Positions 30,834 to 39,382 of a stretch of DNA of 64,000 bases are shown here, piece by piece. The position numbers and the translations under genes were made by a program. Location of the stretch: positions 1 through 64,000 of the IMG/VR virus record IMGVR_UViG_3300036668_000172; one strand, given 5' to 3'. Position 1 is the stretch's first letter; each line of letters begins with the position of its first letter. This DNA comes from a virus. The notes beneath the pieces were generated by a model. That model ran no database searches. It was not told where the DNA came from and saw only the letters and a program-made list of their open reading frames with translations.

Positions 30834-31478
30834 TTAGCTAGCGTAGTAAGGGGTGATGGTGATTGCGTCACCTTCAATTACACCATTGGCAGCTGGTGCG
30901 ACGCTCTGGGTGACAATCTTGCCAGCCTTAGCGACGACCTTGGCGGTGCCAGTATCTGGGTCACTTGCAACGTCAGCATTGGTCTTAGCAAATACCAAGG
31001 TAGAACCAGTGGTTCCAGTAATCAGCGTGAAAGTACCGTTGAATACAACGTTAGTCAGGCCAGCGATGACTACTGAGTCACCAACTGCAAAGCCGTGGGC
31101 TGCTGCAGTAGTTAGGGTAGCTACGTTGCTGGTTAGAGCTACATTGCTAACTGCTGGGGTGTAAGCAGCTGCGGTAGTGATGTCGGCGGTCAAGTAACCA
31201 GCGTCAATCAAAGACCGACGTGCAGCCGCGACTGTAAGTCCAAGTACGCTAGGTACAAGGAGGTTGCCTAGACCTTCACCTGGATAGTTAGGGGTATATA
31301 GAGGGAACCCATTCCAACCAGAAATCATCAATGCGTGATTATCTAGGTCTGGGTCCAGCAGCTCTCCGCCGTTCTCAAGACGAACGTCGTTGGGCTGAGG
31401 GGGCAGGTTGCCCCATACATGGTCTATGACAACGTTTCCAGCGTCATCAACAAGATTACCATTTTCGTTTGTTGCCAT
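30834..31478 (-). CDS. PASTA-domain protein with an inserted beta domain
   Basis: VPSVLGLTVAAARRSLIDAG ... GKIVTQSVAP...GDAITIT flank TAAAHGFAVGDSVVIAG..FNGTF. Confidence 0.6.
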   Translation of the reverse strand: MATNENGNLVDDAGNVVIDHVWGNLPPQPNDVRLENGGELLDPDLDNHALMISGWNGFPLYTPNYPGEGLGNLLVPSVLGLTVAAARRSLIDAGYLTADITTAAAYTPAVSNVALTSNVATLTTAAAHGFAVGDSVVIAGLTNVVFNGTFTLITGTTGSTLVFAKTNADVASDPDTGTAKVVAKAGKIVTQSVAPAANGVIEGDAITITPYYAS

Positions 31479-31714
31479 TAGTTTTCTTCCTCACATTCAT
31501 GAATGGATAGTTCATCCTCGTATAGGATGTCCCCACAGTCTTTACAACGGAACATACGTACGTCATCTAGTGCTTCATGCAAAGAATCGGAATGTAAGTC
31601 CTCTTGTACCACCCTTGTTTGCGCAAGAACCTCGGGTGGAAAAGGTCCGTGGGGCCTATATACTGTACTAGGGATAGCGTGTCCCTGTATGGCAAACTTT
31701 CTAACTAGTCCCAT
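31478..31714 (-). CDS. Small Zn-finger-like protein
   Basis: FRCKDCG...IHEC. Confidence 0.55.
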   Translation of the reverse strand: MGLVRKFAIQGHAIPSTVYRPHGPFPPEVLAQTRVVQEDLHSDSLHEALDDVRMFRCKDCGDILYEDELSIHECEEEN

Positions 31715-31953
31715 TACTCCTCCGTTGGAGTGGAAACTTCTTCTAAAGACTCCTCTTTAGGCACAGCAACTTCAGCCTTTTTCTTCTTACTTACTTTAGG
31801 GGTCACTACTTCAGGTGTGTACACCTTCAGCATTAGCCTTCCCGTTTTAGTTTTTAGGAAGCCAGGTACGTGACCTGCGCAAAATAGCATTGAGCTCAAT
31901 GGCCCAGTTGCATACTCGTATTGAGCGTCTAAGGTACATGCAGCACATTTCAT
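31714..31953 (-). CDS. Small Zn-binding hypothetical protein
   Basis: CAAC...FCAGH. Confidence 0.55.
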   Translation of the reverse strand: MKCAACTLDAQYEYATGPLSSMLFCAGHVPGFLKTKTGRLMLKVYTPEVVTPKVSKKKKAEVAVPKEESLEEVSTPTEE

Positions 31954-31955
31954 AT

Positions 31956-32525
31956 TTAATCTCCGTATTGTTCTTGAGCATCTTTATTTAGCTGTGGGCT
32001 AGGAAACATAATTGGTTTTGGGCGCTTGTTGATAGGTAATAGAACCCCATCTTTATCCGTGTTTTTAACAGGGGACTTGATAGCTGCTGGTTTAGCAGAG
32101 GCTTTAGCTGGCGGGGATTTTACTGCAGACGTTTTCGCAGTAGCTGCCCTCATAGGTGCTGCGCGAGGAGTGGCCTTCTCCTTAGCTTTTTGAGCAGAAG
32201 TATTCTGTTTTTCTTTTTCAGTTTGCTGGCGTGCCTTCTCTACCGAGACAACTCCCCTGGCGCGTTCTTTAGCCAGAGCCCGAGCTCCTGTGGAGCGGGC
32301 GTTAGACATCTCTGTGGCCTTACTTACCTTATCTGCATGGCCTTCTTCAAAGGCCGTCTTCTTTGCGCTAGCTCTGTCAACAGCTGCCTGAGCCTTTTCT
32401 TCAGCTTTTAAAGGGGCGGCCTTGACTTTACCATAAAACTGCACGGCGCTATTAACTCTTTTACCCAAGCCTCCAGCTATCTTGCTGGCTGCTCCCTCGT
32501 TAAAAGTGTAAGGGGATTTAATCAT
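31956..32525 (-). CDS. Ala/Lys-rich basic protein
   Basis: Histone H1-like composition. Confidence 0.6.
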   Translation of the reverse strand: MIKSPYTFNEGAASKIAGGLGKRVNSAVQFYGKVKAAPLKAEEKAQAAVDRASAKKTAFEEGHADKVSKATEMSNARSTGARALAKERARGVVSVEKARQQTEKEKQNTSAQKAKEKATPRAAPMRAATAKTSAVKSPPAKASAKPAAIKSPVKNTDKDGVLLPINKRPKPIMFPSPQLNKDAQEQYGD

Positions 32526-32875
32526 AACGCGTCTTCTTCTAGCTTAGCAATGCGCTTTTCTAGCAATTGAAACTTTTTGTCACCTTTTTCAATTCTATCT
32601 TCAATGCGGTCTACCGCATCCTTAAGGGAGCTTCCTCCATTATTAGATAACTGACCGTCAATCTTATTAAGTCTTTCCATAACTCCAGGGTCTCCGTCCC
32701 TACCGTCACGGCCCCTGGTCCCTGCCCAATCCACCATAAAGTTCTCCCACGCGGCCATCGCGGCGAAGAGCCTTTTAAAAATGGGACTGACTAGTTGCTT
32801 AATAGCAAACACAGCACCTACTACCACAGTGATGCTGGCAGCGAGGGTTAGGATTAAAGTCATTTCTGAAGACAT
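32522..32875 (-). CDS. Membrane protein of the lysis region
   Basis: N-terminal TM helix, PGVMERL and NGGSSLKDAVDRIE, as seen in actinophage lysis cassettes. Confidence 0.65.
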   Translation of the reverse strand: MSSEMTLILTLAASITVVVGAVFAIKQLVSPIFKRLFAAMAAWENFMVDWAGTRGRDGRDGDPGVMERLNKIDGQLSNNGGSSLKDAVDRIEDRIEKGDKKFQLLEKRIAKLEEDAL

Positions 32876-32960
32876 TTATAAACAGGTCCTAAGGTAAGTT
32901 GCAGGTATCTACTATTGTGAAGTATGATAGCTGATACCGCACACGATACTCGGAGAACTT

Positions 32961-33149
32961 ATGCAGACCCTTCTTATTCTATTCATCATCTTTGTAGTCT
33001 TTTGCACATTCTTTATGTTGTTTTTGCAGTGGCTGTCCCAAGGCTCAAAGGACCCATTTGCCAAAAAGCTACGCACTATCGGATGGATAGGCGTAGCTCT
33101 AGGTTATGTGGCTATCTCATTGGGCCTTTTCGTATTGCCCATCTTTTAG
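32961..33149 (+). CDS. Two-TM small membrane protein on the opposite strand
   Basis: Two hydrophobic segments, RBS GGAG, upstream -10 TATGAT. Confidence 0.55.
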   Translation: MQTLLILFIIFVVFCTFFMLFLQWLSQGSKDPFAKKLRTIGWIGVALGYVAISLGLFVLPIF

Positions 33150-33330
33150 TATTTGGTCCTCCACTAATAGATTCTCCAGCAGCACCTCTGCCTGGTGAAG
33201 CCCAGCTAATTATGCTTGGTTTTTCGTTTGATTTAGGCCACTGATTTCCCAACATAGGGGAAACAGGTCTAGGAGTAATGACCTGCTTATTAGGGACTAG
33301 TTGCTTACGGGGAAGCATAAAGGGTGCCAC
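33112..33330 (-). CDS. Hypothetical protein
   Basis: GTG-start ORF downstream of the holin. Confidence 0.45.
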   Translation of the reverse strand: MAPFMLPRKQLVPNKQVITPRPVSPMLGNQWPKSNEKPSIISWASPGRGAAGESISGGPNTKRWAIRKGPMR

Positions 33331-33339
33331 GAGATGTTT

Positions 33340-33546
33340 CTAGTCTTCTTTAGGGCTAGTTACAGCGATGATAGAAGTTAGCACTGATAGTAGGGCTGCT
33401 CCACCAGAGATGCTTATTAGGGTTACGTAGTCAATAGCTAGCAATCCGATACTGCCAGTTCCTAGTACAGCCACTGCGGCCTGTGCAAATGTTTTTACGG
33501 CGCGTTCTCCCGCAAAACTCCAGAACTTCTTAGTCAGAATAGTCAT
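33340..33546 (-). CDS. Holin, phage r1t family
   Basis: FWSFAGERAVKTFAQA...LLSVLTSI. Confidence 0.9.
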   Translation of the reverse strand: MTILTKKFWSFAGERAVKTFAQAAVAVLGTGSIGLLAIDYVTLISISGGAALLSVLTSIIAVTSPKED

Positions 33547-33857
33547 TATGGCTCCATTTCATTGTTATTGGGTTTGTATAGTTTTACATCTTCAAGTGTA
33601 GCAATCGCTGTGTAAGCGGTCAATATAATGCTGATAAGAGATACTCCGCCTGTAATAAGGGCGACACCTACACCGTACATGTCGTTTAGAAAAGTGAAGC
33701 CCCCAAGTATAACCATGGCAAAGCCTAGGCGGTAGGCTCCAAAGATTAGAGTTCTACGAAATTTCCAGCTAGGGCCTTGCGGTGCCTCAGACTCTTCCTT
33801 TAAGAAGAACAATGCATTTATTATAGATTTCATAGCTCTCTCTTGCAACAAGGGCAA
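33546..33857 (-). CDS. Two-TM membrane protein (lysis accessory)
   Basis: SWKFRR followed by two hydrophobic helices; start probably MKSII. Confidence 0.6.
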   Translation of the reverse strand: MPLLQERAMKSIINALFFLKEESEAPQGPSWKFRRTLIFGAYRLGFAMVILGGFTFLNDMYGVGVALITGGVSLISIILTAYTAIATLEDVKLYKPNNNEMEP

Positions 33858-34366
33858 ATCTCTACAAGATTAGCCTCGATAAGCTTCTTAAGGTCCACCT
33901 TCGCAGACGTTGCTCCAAAGACACCTTTTAGGGTCCTAGACGCGGTTCCATGGAGATGGGGCCCTGAACTTCCAGAGCCCGTGTTACCGATGTAAGCCAT
34001 AAGTTGCCCAGCTTCAACCTTTGTGCCTACCGTTTTGTTTATAGGAGCATGAGGCCCCTCAACTCGGGGTCCTCTACAATTCATCCCGTGGTTATTGCAA
34101 GAAATGTGGGAGTATCCTAGATACCATACCTTCTTGTCTTTAGCCATAGCGGTTTGGACAATAACCCAGCCAAGGACATCAGACCACTGGATAAGCTTTA
34201 TAGTTCCTGCAGCAATAGATGATATTCCAGTTCTACCCTTATTAGAGCCAGAAGGGGCCCAGTCTGTACCTGAGTGAGGTTGCATGTTGTTCTGCCGACG
34301 AAAGGCAGACATAGTCCCGTATTCACCTGTAACGGCGCTTTCGGGGAACGGCATTAGCCAAGACAT
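33830..34366 (-). CDS. Endolysin, M23 peptidase
   Basis: HSGTD, YSH, GNTG.SSGPHLH. Confidence 0.9.
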   Translation of the reverse strand: MSWLMPFPESAVTGEYGTMSAFRRQNNMQPHSGTDWAPSGSNKGRTGISSIAAGTIKLIQWSDVLGWVIVQTAMAKDKKVWYLGYSHISCNNHGMNCRGPRVEGPHAPINKTVGTKVEAGQLMAYIGNTGSGSSGPHLHGTASRTLKGVFGATSAKVDLKKLIEANLVEICPCCKREL

Positions 34367-34456
34367 AGTTCTCCTAAGTAATTTACGTGTACTACCATTG
34401 TGACTTACTTAGGGTCCGATGTCGGCGTAAACTTTGGGGTAGCTAGTTGCTGGGAC

Positions 34457-34786
34457 TCACATCCCAGAGCCGCCACCGTCTCCTCCGCCATCAGCACCGT
34501 CTCCTGGTGCTCCTCCGATAGCGTCTGCGGCGCGGTCTCCTGCCGATGTGTCTCCAGGAGTTCCCTGCATAGAAGTGTTTGAGCCCGTGCTCATAGCTGC
34601 ATAGTTATTTGCACCTGCGTACATGACTGGGTAGCCGTGCCAAAAAGGTGAGCCTGGAACCGCAGGTCCCCGAGTGCTGCCCCCAAAAGAGCTCTCCCTA
34701 GCTGCTGCTACTTGGTCTACACCTGGGACCATGTTGAACTCCCTTAGGTAGGGAGCCATCTGGCTCTTTTCGTATTCAGGAAGCAT
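34457..34786 (-). CDS. Hypothetical Gly-rich protein
   Basis: ORF with RBS GAGG. Confidence 0.55.
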   Translation of the reverse strand: MLPEYEKSQMAPYLREFNMVPGVDQVAAARESSFGGSTRGPAVPGSPFWHGYPVMYAGANNYAAMSTGSNTSMQGTPGDTSAGDRAADAIGGAPGDGADGGGDGGGSGM

Positions 34787-34788
34787 TG

Positions 34789-34971
34789 TTACCTCTTTTT
34801 TTTCTTAGGTTGTCTTTGGGTTAGGCTGGAGCTTGTAGCAATCTTTTTAGAAGGAACCTTCTTTGCCCGTGCGGTTCCTGGCCCTAGCTTGGTAGCAACT
34901 ACCATGTGCTCTAATTCTCCTGGGGCAGGCTTACCTTTACGTAGCTCGTTGCCGCTTAAGGGTCTAGTCAT
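34789..34971 (-). CDS. Small basic protein
   Basis: ATGA-coupled to the upstream ORF. Confidence 0.5.
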   Translation of the reverse strand: MTRPLSGNELRKGKPAPGELEHMVVATKLGPGTARAKKVPSKKIATSSSLTQRQPKKKKR

Positions 34972-35120
34972 TTTTCCTCTTCATCTGAGAAGACCTCAAC
35001 TTCGTATTCACTCTCGTCAAACAAGGAGTAAAGTAGGTCTTCGTCTAGCTCTTCGCCATCAAAATAGACATCATCCGCTGTATCAGCGTCGTAAGGGTCT
35101 ATAGGTCCGTACCAGGTCAC
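34968..35120 (-). CDS. Highly acidic 50-aa protein (leaderless, GTG start)
   Basis: MTWYGPIDPYDADTADDVYFDGEELDEDLLYSLFDESEYEVEVFSDEEEK; extended -10 TGG-CACACT 6 nt upstream. Confidence 0.6.
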   Translation of the reverse strand: MTWYGPIDPYDADTADDVYFDGEELDEDLLYSLFDESEYEVEVFSDEEEK

Positions 35121-35161
35121 ATAAATAGTGTGCCACAGATTGTTTGTGTTGGTGTTCTAAG

Positions 35162-35235
35162 CTCCCCTTCCTGGACTTGAACCAAGAACCTACGAGTTAA
35201 CAGCTCGCCGCTCTGCCGAATTGAGCTAAAGGGGA
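35162..35235 (-). tRNA. tRNA-Asn(GTT), CCA not encoded
   Basis: TCCCCTT-TA-GCTC-AATTCGGCA-GAGC-G-GCGAG-CTGTTAA-CTCGT-AGGTT-CTTGG-TTCAAGT-CCAGG-AAGGGGA-G. Confidence 0.95.
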
Positions 35236-35339
35236 AAGGCTTTAAGCTTTTACTAGCTTCCTTTTAACTGAGTCAAAGGTCTTTGGGTGCTTCTTAGAAG
35301 ATTTCCCATTGTTTCTTTTATCGTTACTTGTTTTAGCCA

Positions 35340-35507
35340 TTAGCTTTTACCCCATCCGCCACCCTTAAAGATGGCCGCGCCTAGTGAGAATTTCTTTCTC
35401 CGTGCAGTAGAGCACGTCATACAAATGATAGTTGGGGAATCACTGACAGGGTGGCTAATTTCAATAACACTTTTACAAGTTGCGCACTCGTAGTCATACA
35501 CTGCCAT
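35340..35507 (-). CDS. FmdB-family zinc ribbon protein
   Basis: MAVYDYECATC...CMTC...FKGGGW; RBS AAAGGAG places the start at 35507. Confidence 0.85.
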   Translation of the reverse strand: MAVYDYECATCKSVIEISHPVSDSPTIICMTCSTARRKKFSLGAAIFKGGGWGKS

Positions 35508-35524
35508 AGTTCTCCTTTGCACGT

Positions 35525-35596
35525 GGGCTGTAGAGGAGTTGCACCTCTCATGTGGTCAGAAAGGAAGTAAAGACCCCACACGGCTCTCGTCAGCCC
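35525..35596 (-). ncRNA. tRNA-like RNA with an anti-SD-like loop in place of the anticodon
   Basis: Acceptor-like GGGCTG/CAGCCC, no D stem, central stem GTGT-GG-GGTC/GACC-ACAT with loop UUUACUUCCUUUCU, T arm AGAGG-TGCAACT-CCTCT. Confidence 0.65.
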
Positions 35597-35598
35597 TA

Positions 35599-35680
35599 AA
35601 ACAGTGGCAAGTACAACCAGAAGTCGTAGTAGAAGATTTGGTTAGTTATAATCGGATAACCGAAGTACTTGCCACTGTTT
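35599..35680. ncRNA. Putative structured RNA closed by a perfect 16-bp inverted repeat
   Basis: AAACAGTGGCAAGTAC (35599-35614) / GTACTTGCCACTGTTT (35665-35680) enclosing two small stems. Confidence 0.5.
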
Positions 35681-35684
35681 AGTT

Positions 35685-35930
35685 TTAGACTAGTACTTCG
35701 TCAGCTCCGCCACTACGGTCTGACGCTGTACTGGGATTAGTATAGTCAATAAAGTCTAACATTGCAGCAATCGAGTAATAAGACACGTCAAAGAAAGTAG
35801 AGGCTTGAGAAAGCAGGTCTACTGGGTGACTAACTTTCTCTAAACCGTATACGTCTTCTAGGTACTGCAGCAGGGCTGGAGTAAACGCTTCTATGAAGTC
35901 TGCTGGTGCCATGCAAGGAAATTCATTCAT
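35685..35930 (-). CDS. Hypothetical protein
   Basis: Co-oriented ORF. Confidence 0.6.
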   Translation of the reverse strand: MNEFPCMAPADFIEAFTPALLQYLEDVYGLEKVSHPVDLLSQASTFFDVSYYSIAAMLDFIDYTNPSTASDRSGGADEVLV

Positions 35931-35933
35931 TAG

Positions 35934-36167
35934 TTATTCCGTCTCTAAATGCCTATTAAACACAAGTCGCTCACGTTCATCAATGATTTGATACGCAAAC
36001 TTCATTAGCTTTTCGTATGCTTCAGCATCGGTAGTGGTTTTGTTGTAGTGATGAGCGCAGAAAAGTAGCTCACCAATGTTTCCCACAGCCTTCACATAGG
36101 CCTGAGAGGAACACTCGAAGTCGCACCTGTCTAGGGGCGTAAGCGTCCAGACCACTGTTTCAGTCAT
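35934..36167 (-). CDS. Conserved actinobacterial Zn-binding protein
   Basis: LTPLDRCD..CSSQAYV...GELLFCAHH. Confidence 0.7.
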   Translation of the reverse strand: MTETVVWTLTPLDRCDFECSSQAYVKAVGNIGELLFCAHHYNKTTTDAEAYEKLMKFAYQIIDERERLVFNRHLETE

Positions 36168-36426
36168 CTTGTCCCTCTATAGAAACTATCTTGGTAGTTA
36201 CCCACCATCCATCTTTACCGCCAATGTACATGTGCTTGCCTACTTGCACTGGTAGCCTTTTGTGCGCATCTTCTTCGCCAAACGCAGAGGGCAGTTCGTT
36301 GACTTTCATTCCTTCATAATTGTCAAAACAATACGCGTACCAGTGCTTGAATTGAAAAATTCCATTCTTGAAGCAATAGCCGTTTCTAAGGTCGTATATA
36401 GACCCAGTCTCAGTTGTAATTATCAT
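36160..36426 (-). CDS. Hypothetical protein
   Basis: TTETGSIY...TTKIVSIE. Confidence 0.6.
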   Translation of the reverse strand: MIITTETGSIYDLRNGYCFKNGIFQFKHWYAYCFDNYEGMKVNELPSAFGEEDAHKRLPVQVGKHMYIGGKDGWWVTTKIVSIEGQDD

Positions 36427-36575
36427 CTGGTCTTCCTGTCACAGAAAAATACGAACACCCTCTTGCCAATAATGATATCTAAGGTCGGTTGGGTTTTCAC
36501 GTCATACAGGTTGATGCCGAATACATAGTGAGTCCCCAGAGAGCCAGAGTCTCTATAGCTTCTAAACTTAATCAC
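36423..36575 (-). CDS. Hypothetical protein (50 aa)
   Basis: GTG start with RBS AAGGAG; ATGA overlap with the next gene. Confidence 0.5.
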   Translation of the reverse strand: MIKFRSYRDSGSLGTHYVFGINLYDVKTQPTLDIIIGKRVFVFFCDRKTR

Positions 36576-36822
36576 CGAATTTCTCCTTATAAGAGTTATC
36601 TAAAGCCTTTAAAGCTTTGCTGACGCAAATTTCTGCACCATCACCATAGCGATGTTTAAACTCTACACCGCGTTCTTCGTAGCCCTCTAGATACAGGGGG
36701 TCTTCACCAGTAGTAGCAATGTAGGTGTTCACATTACTAGGTGAAGTTCCGCCCTTTACTCTGGCTATGTGTATCTCAGTGAGCAGCTGTCTGTTTAATC
36801 TAATCTGGACGTGTAGTGGCAT
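36568..36822 (-). CDS. Hypothetical protein
   Basis: HRYGDGA..VSKAL motif. Confidence 0.6.
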   Translation of the reverse strand: MPLHVQIRLNRQLLTEIHIARVKGGTSPSNVNTYIATTGEDPLYLEGYEERGVEFKHRYGDGAEICVSKALKALDNSYKEKFGD

Positions 36823-37399
36823 CTTGACCTCTTCTCTTGGCTCCCATTACTCCCCTTAGGTATTCAAAGCAATAGATGTGCATCAGTGAGTCCCATCCAG
36901 CATCGTGCTGATTCTCTGTACCAATCTTTTCAATGGCATAAGCCTTCGCGCGTTTCTTCCAAGTCGCAGCTTTTACGGGCATCCCGTGCTCCTCTTTATA
37001 GTCCAGAGCGAAGCATAGTGCGTTTAGGTCAACAGTTCTTCTTGAGAAGAGTGAGTAGGTTTTAGGCAGAGAGTCTTTCACAAAGGGCATGTCGAATGCG
37101 CCAACGTTGAAACCAACAGGAATAGTTTTACCCCTGCTGTTAGTATCGACCCCTATTGCAATCAACCAATCGTAAACCTGACTGTCAACCTCATCTGGCA
37201 AAGGCGCACTTTGTAAAGACTCTAGTGTTATGCCGTGAACCTCAAAGGCGCGCTCTGACCACTGGCACTCACCTGGATTCATATTCATGGAGATTTGATA
37301 CCCGTCCTCGGTGGATAGGCCAATCTGAATCAGCTTGCCACCTTCACTCAACTCACTAGAGGACATCTCTCCATCTAGTCCTAGGAATAGGTAACTCAT
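36800..37399 (-). CDS. DEDDh 3'-5' exonuclease
   Basis: LDGE, GFNVGAFD, HDAGWD. Confidence 0.85.
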   Translation of the reverse strand: MSYLFLGLDGEMSSSELSEGGKLIQIGLSTEDGYQISMNMNPGECQWSERAFEVHGITLESLQSAPLPDEVDSQVYDWLIAIGVDTNSRGKTIPVGFNVGAFDMPFVKDSLPKTYSLFSRRTVDLNALCFALDYKEEHGMPVKAATWKKRAKAYAIEKIGTENQHDAGWDSLMHIYCFEYLRGVMGAKRRGQDATTRPD

Positions 37400-37435
37400 T
37401 TCTCTCCTTTATAAGTAAAAATGATTATTTGCGTT

Positions 37436-38206
37436 TTAGCTTATAAGTTCAATCTGCACTGAACACTCGCAGCCTATCAACGCTGTGTGATAGTCGCTGC
37501 AGTTTTCTGTTAGAACTTGGACAATCCGTCTTCGTTCTCCAAGCAGCGCCCTAGAGAGTTTAGTCTCTATGACCGCAATCAAAGCGTGCGGGGCGTCAAG
37601 CATGTCATTGACCCAATGGTTATCAAGGAACTCTTGCTCTTCTTGTAGCTCGTCTGCATCAAGTGAGCCTAGGTAATCCTCTTGCTTAGTCATCTCTCGC
37701 ACTCCATAATCATGTTGCGTACAGTGGCTTCATACTCTTTTTTCCACTCTGGAAAATCAGACAGTTGTTCAAAGATTTCGTTTAGCTCTTGCTCACGTTT
37801 TTCTGTGTCGTAAGAAACGCTCTTGCCTCCGTAGCAACCAACTCCGTACCTAAACTCCCACTTGTTATCATCGTGAAAGTCTGGCATAAACTCCGCTTCA
37901 TTCCATGAGCCACCGCAAACATCGCAGTCGGAATCGTCGCCCAAGCTCCAAGAGAGGTCTCTATCTTCTTCAGCCATCTCAACTGCAAAGTCTCGCTTTG
38001 TAGTTGGCTCAGTCATCTTGTCCCTCTCTTATTAGTTTCTCTAGGTCTTTTGCGTAATAGGGGTCAGCTAGTGCCTCTAGGATGTCTCGCTTAGCTGCTT
38101 TATCCTTTATGAGCGCAATGATACGTTTCTGCTCTTCCTCAACTCCAGCTTCGTAACCCTTGAGAAAGGCAAAACTTATTTGTAATCCATCGTCTAGTTC
38201 ACTCAC
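37436..38206 (-). CDS. Three hypothetical proteins (37436-37702, 37690-38016, 38009-38206)
   Basis: Overlapping co-oriented ORFs; two share the E.xRII/IV motif. Confidence 0.55.
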
Positions 38207-38259
38207 AGTGCACTCCTACCTATACCCTATACGCTTTTGTTGGTACTCACTCTATCACT

Positions 38260-38708
38260 TTAGAAGAGCATGTCCCCGCTTTGGGGTTTCGGGTTTCCTT
38301 CTTGAGAGTCTTGGTATTCAGACCTTGGGGTAGTCATCTTGGTTTTCCTGTTGGGGGTGGCGTCAGACGCGCCGAAAGGGGCTGGGTTGAACTGAGACTT
38401 ATTAGCGTTGCTATTAGCAACCTCTTTGCCCGCTGTAGTGCCACGAGCTGCCAGCTGAGCATCGCGCTTCTTAATGCTGCTCTTAGCTTTCTTATAGCGG
38501 CCTTCGAGACTCAAAGCTCTAAACCTGTTTTCCAGAAGGAGTGGTTGGGGTCAGACAAGTCCATGTGCACAACATTAGTGTGTGGGTCCCTGATGCCCTG
38601 AAGTCCCATTCGGGAAGTCGTCTCTTCAACCTGACTCTTTGGAGACTCAAACTGAGTTGGGTCGTTGACGTTCTTGACTGAGCCGTCTCTTTTATCGTGG
38701 AAGTCCAT
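38260..38708 (-). CDS. Two small hypothetical proteins (38260-38514, 38511-38708)
   Basis: Coupled ORFs. Confidence 0.55.
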
Positions 38709-38800
38709 TAGTCACTCTTTTCATGTTTGGTTTCACATTCTCTGGCTAAGGACGCAACGGGGAATGATTTTTTGCAAATGCTACAGTGACCTTCGCTCAT
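38708..38800 (-). CDS. 30-aa Zn-finger-like peptide
   Basis: MSEGHCSICKKSFPVASLARECETKHEKSD; TAATG-coupled to the next gene. Confidence 0.5.
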   Translation of the reverse strand: MSEGHCSICKKSFPVASLARECETKHEKSD

Positions 38801-39054
38801 TGTTCCATTGTCCGCCTTTTGCGGACTCTCTGCAGGGTGAATTTTTTCGATAGAAGTCTTTTTTTCACTTCTCGTGTCAAAAGGATAACGTTATCGGGAT
38901 ACTTTTGACATTTGGCAAATCTAGCCTAAAAACGCCCTCGTAGAACGGCGGCTAACGGACTTTGACGATGCACCACGGGTGATTGCATCAAAACAAAGAT
39001 AAAAGCCCCCAGATTGTCTCTGAAGGCTTATTACGGCTATGTGGTTACTTTCGG

Positions 39055-39351
39055 CTATTCATGACCCACAACTTTGAAGCCTTTACGACTTCTTACCTCA
39101 TTTGGCTTCTTAGAAGGGGTGTAAAGTGTCTCATCTGACTCAAAAGGTTCCACTCTGTGGATTGTTCCCTTACCTCCACCAAAGAATCCTTCGGCGTATG
39201 CACGAGCTTTGTCAATGTCAGGAGTTGCTGAGGCTTCGCCCTTATTTGGACGGACTACTTCACCGATAGGAATAGTGGCAGGTGAACCGTGATAAAGAAT
39301 CTTTCCTTCACCACTACCTGCTGTGCGACGGTGGTTAAATGGAATGGCCAA
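39055..39351 (-). CDS. Arr-like ADP-ribosyltransferase-fold protein
   Basis: LYHGS..IPIGEVVRP, ASATPD...ARAYA, GTIHRVEP. Confidence 0.6.
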   Translation of the reverse strand: MAIPFNHRRTAGSGEGKILYHGSPATIPIGEVVRPNKGEASATPDIDKARAYAEGFFGGGKGTIHRVEPFESDETLYTPSKKPNEVRSRKGFKVVGHE

Positions 39352-39382
39352 AAGTTATCCTAAGAACGCCCCTATTACCAAG

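Noticed and set aside
35525-35596. Calling this a true tRNA or tmRNA
   Set aside because: No D stem, a 14-nt loop instead of a 7-nt anticodon loop, no G3-U70 pair, no tag ORF and no CCA.
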